Shown in pieces: positions 1 through 6,179 of a stretch of DNA of 6,179 nt (positions within the stretch are counted from its first letter, which is position 1; each line of letters starts with the position of its first letter). Source of the stretch: Geosiphon pyriformis uo1. Lineage: Eukaryota; Fungi; Glomeromycota. Position numbers and translations under genes: made by a program. The stretch is taken from assembly GCA_016748015.1 (NCBI GenBank), contig JAAOMT010000288.1, positions 1 to 6,179 on the forward strand. Direction: 5' to 3'. Below the pieces are notes generated by a model that had not been told where the DNA came from, ran no database searches, and saw only the letters and a list, made by a program, of their open reading frames with translations.

Positions 1-300
1 AAATTTTATTTGGTTTTAATAATTTTATTGTTTTAATATTTTTTTAATATAAATTATAGTTTTTTATATTAAATTATAACTTAATATATAATTAATTAAT
101 AATATAATTTAATTCTTTTCTTAATAGTTGTTTTTTAACAAAATTATTTTATTAATAAATTTAAATACATGTTAAATAATATTGTTTTTTATTATTATTA
201 TTTTAAGTAAATTGTTTTAATCTTATTAATTTTAAATTTTGCTTTGCTTTTATTAAAATAAATTCTTTTTAAATTAAAGTATTGTTAAATAATAGCACAA
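1..300. other. Extremely AT-rich low-complexity left flank
   Basis: Almost entirely A/T with sparse G/C, and no credible coding signal. Confidence 0.8.
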
Positions 301-1389
301 TTGTTACTAATTTAATTGGAACAAACTGTAACAAAATCAAACAAAGTAAATATTTGATTATATAAACTTAAAATAGCTGATGTAACTGAAAAAATAACAT
401 TTTAATAGCTTTGTTTGTTTTAAATTTCAATTTCATATATTTTTATATAAAACTAATTTACATTAAATTCACTATAAAACCAAAGAATTACAGCACTATT
501 AAAAGAATTTTAAAAAAAAAGCAAAAAAAAAGATTGCTCCATATATTTTCAAAATCAATAATATTTAAACTTTCCAGGAATATCTATATAAAGCATAATT
601 TTATTATCTACAAACTCATAATCAAGTCTGAATAATAGCATATTTAATCATATTTCACTAAAGCAATCAAAGTATAGAAATATTCATCAATAGCTTTAGG
701 TCTGAGTATTTCCTTTCATGCAATTGCTTTAGTAAATATATACTTTATAAGTTGTTGTTATAAAAAAGACATCAAACAATTAAGTATATCAATTATCATA
801 AATGTGTCACTTAAATAGTATTTTTCATGCTATATGATCAAACATCAATCACAAACAACAATCTAACAACTATGCAATTGTTCTATAATGTAATATGAGC
901 AACAAGATATAAACATGCACACTACATATTTGTTTCTTTCATACTCATAAACCTGACAACATGAACCCAGTTAAATACAGAAATTTTGTTCTTCAATTTA
1001 ATCAACAGCATTCTGATGTCACTGTTGACAAAATTTACAAAGAGTACTACAAAACACAAAAAGATAAACAAGCAATGAATACATATTTGTTGGGAGAATA
1101 GTTTAAAAGTTATTAATATTATTACAAAAAAGGCAGTTGAGTGTTATTAGTTGGACAGAGCTGAAACATAGCAGAGCTAGATTATAAACTCATTTTAAAG
1201 ATTTACTTTGGAAGACAAGAAACATTATAGGTTAATAGAAAAGTAATAGGAATTCATAGAGTAGTCATAAATTCAACAGAAGAAAAATAGTTGGAATGCA
1301 TTACAATATGCACATTGGGAAAAGTATAGAAAAGAATATTATTGGATATACATAAACTTGTTACAAAGATGAACTTAGAATAGAGCATA

Positions 1390-1445
1390 GTAAAATTGGC
1401 TTGGACTTATCCATTTTGTTTTTTATTTTGACACTGGTTTCACAG
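1390..1445 (+). other. Possible 56-bp spliceosomal intron in the NTPase-nuclease pseudogene
   Basis: GTAAAA donor-like start, T-rich interior, TTGAC branch-like motif and TTTCACAG acceptor. The frames on either side need an additional indel to join, so this is tentative. Confidence 0.35.
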
Positions 1446-1691
1446 AAGCATTCCATTTATAAAGTGAAGTCGAGAAACAGGGATTTAACTGAAGTTATGC
1501 TGTATTGAAGAACACATTTAAGAATACTCTAATAAAGCCTTGAGAGGACTATGTCAATGTATTTTTTCATAATTTAGAACAGTGTGCTAGTATATAGATG
1601 CTGCAACAGTTCTATGCTCTGTACACATCACTCATACAAGCCAGTAGTATTGGCAAGTCAAAACTATTAAGAGAATTAGCATTTGAAAAAG

Positions 1692-1695
1692 ACGT
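1692..1695. repeat. Left copy of 4-bp target-site duplication ACGT
   Basis: ACGT lies immediately before TGTTACCAG, with an identical copy at 2670-2673. Confidence 0.88.
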
Positions 1696-1870
1696 TGTTA
1701 CCAGAGGTTTTTGGTCTCTTTTCTTAAATGTTGATAATGTTGATTTGCTGTGAATTCACGTTTTCAGGAAGTAGTTGAACCTCCAATAACTGAATTTATC
1801 TTCAAATTATCTCCTATAATTTGAACTGCTGGGCTTATAAATGGAATGGCCAATTCTTTACCAGTTACTT

Positions 1871-2006
1871 TATGTAGTTACGTTGTAGTAAACGTCAACT
1901 CTTTCCCAGGAATTGCTCGTCTGGAAGCTCACTAAAAATATGTAGTTACTTTGCTGTAAAAGTCAACTCTTCTACAGGAATTTTGTCTGTAGGCTACTCT
2001 AATAAT
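1871..2006. repeat. Two-copy ~68-bp imperfect tandem repeat inside the insertion
   Basis: 1871-1914 tatgtagttacgttgtagtaaacgtcaactctttcccaggaatt versus 1939-1982 tatgtagttactttgctgtaaaagtcaactcttctacaggaatt: 37/44 identical without gaps. Weaker similarity continues for about 24 bp. Confidence 0.85.
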
Positions 2007-2286
2007 TATAGTAAGAAAAATAAAAGAAAATAAAAAAAATGTAAAAGAAATAGAATTTTGTCAAGAGAAACGTTTTCTATCCAGGCCTGGAGTCACTAAC
2101 AGTTTACTGAAATTGGTAGCTAATCAATTTCGAAATGTTAGTTGGTTTTTGGGGATTTTCCAAGGGCAATAATTAAAGAATTTGGTTTTTCAAATTATTT
2201 GGTATTTATTTCTTTTTGTGTGTGTAGAAATGGTTCTAAGTAATAAATCTAAAGTAAGATACATTTTCCAGAAGAAAAAAGCTCTT

Positions 2287-2294
2287 CTTTTATA
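2287..2294 (-). promoter_or_regulatory. Putative TATA box (TATAAAAG) of the LTR-like element
   Basis: cttttata on + reads TATAAAAG on -. It lies downstream of the short repeat array and an A14 tract (2329-2342) and upstream of AATAAA (2205-2210 on -), the order expected for U3-R-U5. Such motifs also arise by chance in AT-rich DNA. Confidence 0.4.
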
Positions 2295-2371
2295 CAACTT
2301 GTTGTAGTACTAGTTTATGAACTTGCACTTTTTTTTTTTTTTGCCCAAATTCCAGCAAACTAAAGATACAT

Positions 2372-2470
2372 TTTGATGAACTACAAGTTATTTCACTGAA
2401 CTATTGATTAATTTGAGTGAACTATTCATAATTTCGACGAATTTCTGTAAATTTCGGCGAATTTTTGAAT
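2372..2470. repeat. Degenerate ~20-bp period tandem array (about 5 units) inside the insertion
   Basis: Approximate units are tttgatgaactacaagttat / ttcactgaactattgattaa / tttgagtgaactattcataa / tttcgacgaatttctgtaaa / tttcggcgaatttttgaatg, with a recurring TT(T)...GAA core. Confidence 0.6.
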
Positions 2471-2669
2471 GTTACAAAGTTTAGGGTATTGTGTAATTTG
2501 ATCATCTTACTTTCTGTTATACTAATTAGATTATTTTAATTGAATCGTAATATGTGATAATTGATTAAATAATAAATAATAATTTGAAATGATATTAATA
2601 TACTAATGAATTATAGAAATTATAAGAGTAATTTTATGCTAATTAATAGCTAAAATTCTACTGGTAACA

Positions 2670-2673
2670 ACGT
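2670..2673. repeat. Right copy of 4-bp target-site duplication ACGT
   Basis: ACGT lies immediately after CTGGTAACA. The host frame is restored when one copy is removed. Confidence 0.88.
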
Positions 2674-4913
2674 CTTTGTGGTATATATTTGTTTGCGTAA
2701 TTCAGAATCGAAAGGCTACCCAAAGCATTCTATTATTGCTGATGTACTCACTGAATGAGCTTTTCCGGAAGCTCATTATCATACTTTCTTGTCAGCTTTG
2801 TTTGGCATATGTTCAGAATTTTTTGATCAACAACTTTGTAAAAATGTGGAAAATATATGTGGCCATGTGTTTAACATTTTTATTAGTGACAAAGATGACA
2901 AAATGTTTGAATTACAAAACACATTTTGGAATAACATGTCAGAACAGATAAAATTGCAACAGACCTTGAACAAGCCAGTGTCTATTGTTGTAGGAAAGTT
3001 AGAAAACCACTACAAAAACCTTATAATTACTTTAAAAAACCTGCACAACCTCTTTTTATTTAAAGTGCTATTAGCTCTTGATGAGGCCAGTATATTAATT
3101 AACAAAAAGAATAACAAAGGTAATTTTTATAACTTATGGAGGGCACTACAGGCTATTCCACACAGGGACAATGCCTGTTTTATGGCACTTTTCACAGATA
3201 CATTTTCAAAAGTCTCGAATTTCTCTCCTGCCAAATGCCATGATCCATCCACCAGAGTTGGTTATAAAGAGAGACTATACAAACCATTTTACCTTCTTGA
3301 TGTATTTAATTGCCATATGCAATAACCAGCAAATATTACAGTTTCATCATCAATAGCTCAAATTTACAATATGAGACAATCTCTTTGGACAGATATTGAT
3401 GAAAGAGCTATTATACAATATGCCATGAAAAAAATTCTCTATAACAGAGAAAAAGCCAGAAACATATATAAAGTGGAGCATAAAGTGGTTATTGAAAAAG
3501 TAACAAAAGCACTAGTAATTCTTAGACCATAGCTCTATTTAGAAATTTCAAACCTTTCACAGTAAGCATCTAAGTTAGTCAGTAGCCATATGAGAATCTT
3601 GTGCCATGTTGATGAGACATAAGAATTCCTTGCTACAACATCTCCTAGTGAATCCATGTTGGCTGAGGCTGCAAGCCATATAATAAACTGCTTTGAGATT
3701 CTTATGTAAGTTTTGAACTACTTAGTCAGCTCAATTAGAAATCACATTGTTGTCAATGCAGGTGATCAAGGTGAACTTGTCGGCAGGATCCTGTGTCTTC
3801 TAGCAATTAACAAAGTGATTCAGTCAAAATTCAAACAATCAGAATCCAAACTCTGGAACATGTACTCACAGCCCATCACCATACAAGAATTTTTTGACAC
3901 ACTTGTTGGTTCAGAGTCATGCAAAAAGCTTTAGTTCAATTTTTGCTAAAAAAGCCAATGGTGTGATGCTTCACAATAACAAGATCAGATTTAATCATTT
4001 CGTATATATTGAATTCACTCTTACTAGGCTGGATCTTATTAACTTTTTCTTTCATGGGACAGCTGTGTTTTGTAAGCGAAATCAAAAAGGAGTGGATATC
4101 ATCATTCCAGTTGTCATGGTTTGAGATGATAAAACTCCAATTACAGAGAAGAATGTGATATTTGTTGGTATCCAAGTCAAGAATCGTGAAGCTAATAGTT
4201 CAACTGGTGATAAAAATCAGCAAGAAAGAAGCACACAATTATTCAAATGACAGAAGATGAATAATATATTCAAACAAACAGCTTGCTATATTGGCATTGA
4301 TAACTGCAAACTCTTTTTTTTACCTTACCTTGGGATTTACATGAGTCTTGAAGTAACATTTGAAGGTATTAAATACAATAACACTTTAGATATTAGAGTG
4401 ATAACATGAACAGATTCCAAAGATAGAATGGGACATTTGAGCATTTATGGACTCTCAAAAAACATGTACGCATGTTTCAATAATGCAGATAGTGACATAA
4501 TAGAATCACTGTTGCACAAGTTGTTGATATCTTATGTTGACCCTGTCAAAAAAAAAATGGCATTCTGTATGGTGGACATAAAGCAAGTAATAAATGGGTT
4601 CAATAGTGTAAGGAGATTGTAAAGAATATGGAGTCTTTATAGTATAATCACAGTATGTCAGTGCATTGTTGTCTTTTTTTGTTATATCTACTAATCTCCT
4701 GTTATGCTAAAAAAGTGAAAAAGAAAAACACAAAAGGGCATAGACAGTACAATAAAAATGGAACAATAGTTATCATTGTTCTAATCTAGTAATTTCTCAC
4801 TGGCAAAAAACTATTATTGGATTGTGCAATAATAATAAAATCAATAAAACTTGTCAAATATGGTGTGAAAATTTTACAAAATAATAAAAATTTATATATA
4901 AGATTAACCATAT

Positions 4914-5800
4914 ATGAAAAATTATAATAATAATGGTTCAACCAAATACAAAAAAGCAATATGTTTCCTAGAGATAGATTGTAAATGTGGTTGTTCAAAA
5001 ATGATTTCAAGAGAAAAGTTTGCTGAATTATGTGAGGTGTTTTACACTTTTTCTAGATCCGAACAAGACATATTTTTAATGGCCCAGCTGAAAGCAATGA
5101 ATAATAAAGAAATAACTGTCAGCCAACATCTTAAAAAAAATGCATACTAATAAAAGAAATTTTTACTACTGAGATCACAATACACCTCTTTGTCAGAAAA
5201 CATATCTCAACATATTAGGAATCAGTCACACTCACTTTGAAAACATTAAAAATTACTTAGTAACATATGGTATAATACCACACATTCATAGTAACATAAA
5301 ACAAATACCATGATAAAAAACCAAAATAACAATTAATATAACTGTTGCTATTGTTGTGAAAAATTTTCTCAAGAATTACACTGAAATACACAGATTACCA
5401 AGTCCTAATAGAAATGTTAACCAAATTACTCAATCATTTACATTTTTGCCAGCTAAAACTAGTTATAAATCAGTTTATCCTGATTTTATTGCAGGTCTTG
5501 AAAATGATAAAACATTAAAATTGTTAAAATATGATGTATTTTGCAAGTTATGGCATCAATTAACGCCTTATATTCAAATCATGAGTCTGCAAATGGATTT
5601 ATGTGACATGTGCCAACATTTTCAGAATGGCTTATAGTATAATACTCATAAGAAAGAAAAAGCAAAAGATTTACTTAGTTAAGGCTAAATTAGAAAGAAA
5701 CTATTCCAACAAAAATATGAAATTAGCAGAACAACAAAGAAAATTAGTAGATAAAAATTATCTTGTGACAGGAGTTAAAGTTGATTATTGTAATGTTGAT
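4914..5800 (+). pseudogene. Decayed N-terminal half of a Cys-rich putative DNA transposase (Sola-like), catalytic domain not visible
   Basis: Three frames join into one protein. Frame 3: MKNY...IDCKCGCSK...SEQDIFLMAQL. Frameshift in the A-run at 5133-5140. Frame 1: PLCQKTYLNILGIS...YGIIPHIHSN...NFLKNYTEIHRLPSPNR...FLPAKTSYKSVY...FCKLWHQLTPYIQIMSLQMDLCDMCQ. Shift near 5670-5680. Frame 2: VKAKLERNY...KVDYCNVD. The order C-x3-Y/F-L-x2-LGIS, PRxHGN-like, LP...VY, LW...P, DLCxxC matches my recollection of the region preceding the DDD core in Sola-type transposases. No search was run. Confidence 0.62.
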
Positions 5801-6179
5801 ATTAATATAAATTATATTAGTATATTATTTTTTAATAATATAAATTGTTTTTTTACTATTTAAATTTTTTATTGTTTTTTAAAAAAAATAGTAATTAATA
5901 TATTTATAAAACTAATTTTATATATTAAATTTTTACTAATTTAATTTACTTATAAAAGTTAAATTATTTTTTTACTATTTATTAATGTGTTATATTTAAT
6001 TATAACAATAATAATTGGCATTAATAATCTAAATTTAATGCAAATTTTAATAAAAATATTATAAATACATAATAATTTTTATTATTATAGTTATATAAAT
6101 AAAATACTTTTATAATTTTTTAATACTATTATTATTGTTAAAATATTGTAAAAAAACAATTTTAAATATATTAAAGTTG
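5800..6179. other. Extremely AT-rich low-complexity right flank
   Basis: G/C content drops abruptly right after the last recognisable transposase-like codons. Confidence 0.8.

Larger units (their letters stand above)
1696..2669 (-). mobile_element. 974-bp TG...CA insertion element, most likely a solo LTR (Ty3/Gypsy-like); alternatively a non-autonomous Ginger-like DNA element
   Basis: It starts TGTTACCAG (1696-1704) and ends CTGGTAACA (2661-2669), a perfect 9-bp inverted repeat, and is flanked by ACGT direct repeats (1692-1695, 2670-2673). Excision with one ACGT restores GAA AAA GAC GTC TTT GTG GTA (EKDVFVV). It has no ORF in the track. A TATA-like motif followed by AATAAA on the - strand suggests the orientation. 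Boundaries are firm; class and strand are less so. Confidence 0.88.
961..4650 (+). pseudogene. Pseudogene of a P-loop NTPase + PD-(D/E)xK (restriction-endonuclease-fold) fusion protein, Crinkler/CR-effector-like; split by a 974-bp insertion
   Basis: Manual translation through stops. Frame 2 gives FYALYTSLIQASSIGKSKLLRELAFEKD (degenerate Walker A, ~1637-1660). After the insertion it continues VFVVYICLRNSESKGYPKHS, then VLLALDEAS (Walker B, DE at 3080-3085), ALFTDTFSKVSNFSP, MRQSLW (GRPLW-like), SSHMRIL, SPSESMLAEAA and GDQGELVGRILCLLA. After one frameshift near 3935-3945, frame 3 gives FNHFV, AVFCKRNQKGVDIIIPV (D at 4095-4097), IFVGIQVKN (QxK at 4173-4181) and PYLGIYMSL. Twelve in-frame stops lie between 1541 and 4409. 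The core 1500-4550 is well supported. The start (ATG 961) and the end (4622-4650) are tentative. Family assignment is from motif recall, not a search. Confidence 0.8.

Noticed and set aside
301-334. TTGTTAC...GTAACAA inverted repeat resembling the element termini
   Set aside because: Only 7 bp, 20 bp apart, with no TSD; compatible with chance.
411-635. 74-aa + strand ORF
   Set aside because: TTG start and an I/K/F/Y/N-rich composition expected from AT-rich noise, with no motifs.
1871-2006. CRISPR-like repeat-spacer array
   Set aside because: Only two diverged copies, the 'spacers' are also similar to each other, there are no cas genes, and the context is eukaryote-like.
1696-2669. Insertion as a spliceosomal intron
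   Set aside because: The ends are TG...CA with a TSD. A GT exists at 1694, but I see no AG at the matching right junction to restore the frame.
1688-2677. Interpretation as a MITE with 17-bp TIRs
   Set aside because: Those boundaries give no TSD and would remove host codons. The 9-bp TIR plus ACGT TSD model restores the protein exactly.
2676-2951. 91-aa ORF
   Set aside because: Alternative frame overlapping the true frame-2 reading (VFVVYICLR...GYP) of the pseudogene.
3171-3356. 61-aa ORF
   Set aside because: Off-frame overlap with the NTPase region.
3936-4175. 79-aa - strand ORF
   Set aside because: Antisense shadow of the nuclease-domain coding region.
1541-4409. Alternative genetic code or stop readthrough as the explanation for in-frame stops
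   Set aside because: All three stop codons occur, along with frameshifts, an insertion and damaged motifs, which indicates pseudogenisation.
4761-4781. Inverted GAACAAT/ATTGTTC pair (HMG-box-like sites), with a similar AACAAT...ATTGTT at 857-882
   Set aside because: Short AT-rich motifs are expected by chance here, and there is no independent support.
4786-5010. 74-aa - strand ORF
   Set aside because: Low-complexity antisense ORF overlapping the transposase-like start.

Overview
Very AT-rich, apparently eukaryotic DNA; the gene families and composition resemble fungal, possibly Glomeromycota-like, repeat-rich genomes, but that is inference. I see no intact gene. Three decayed or mobile layers sit between two extremely AT-rich flanks. 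(1) A + strand pseudogene (~961-4650) encodes a P-loop NTPase fused to a C-terminal PD-(D/E)xK-type nuclease, the architecture of Crinkler/CR-type NTPase+REase effectors. The ORF track shows only fragments of it. (2) A 974-bp TG...CA insertion (1696-2669) has 9-bp terminal inverted repeats and a 4-bp ACGT target-site duplication. It landed in a 12-bp palindrome just after the Walker A motif, and removing it restores the reading frame exactly. It is most likely a solo LTR in the - orientation. (3) A co-oriented, decayed N-terminal half of a Cys-rich, probably Sola-like DNA transposase (~4914-5800) fades into AT-rich sequence before any catalytic domain. Decay is dominated by apparent C>T/G>A transitions with few indels.
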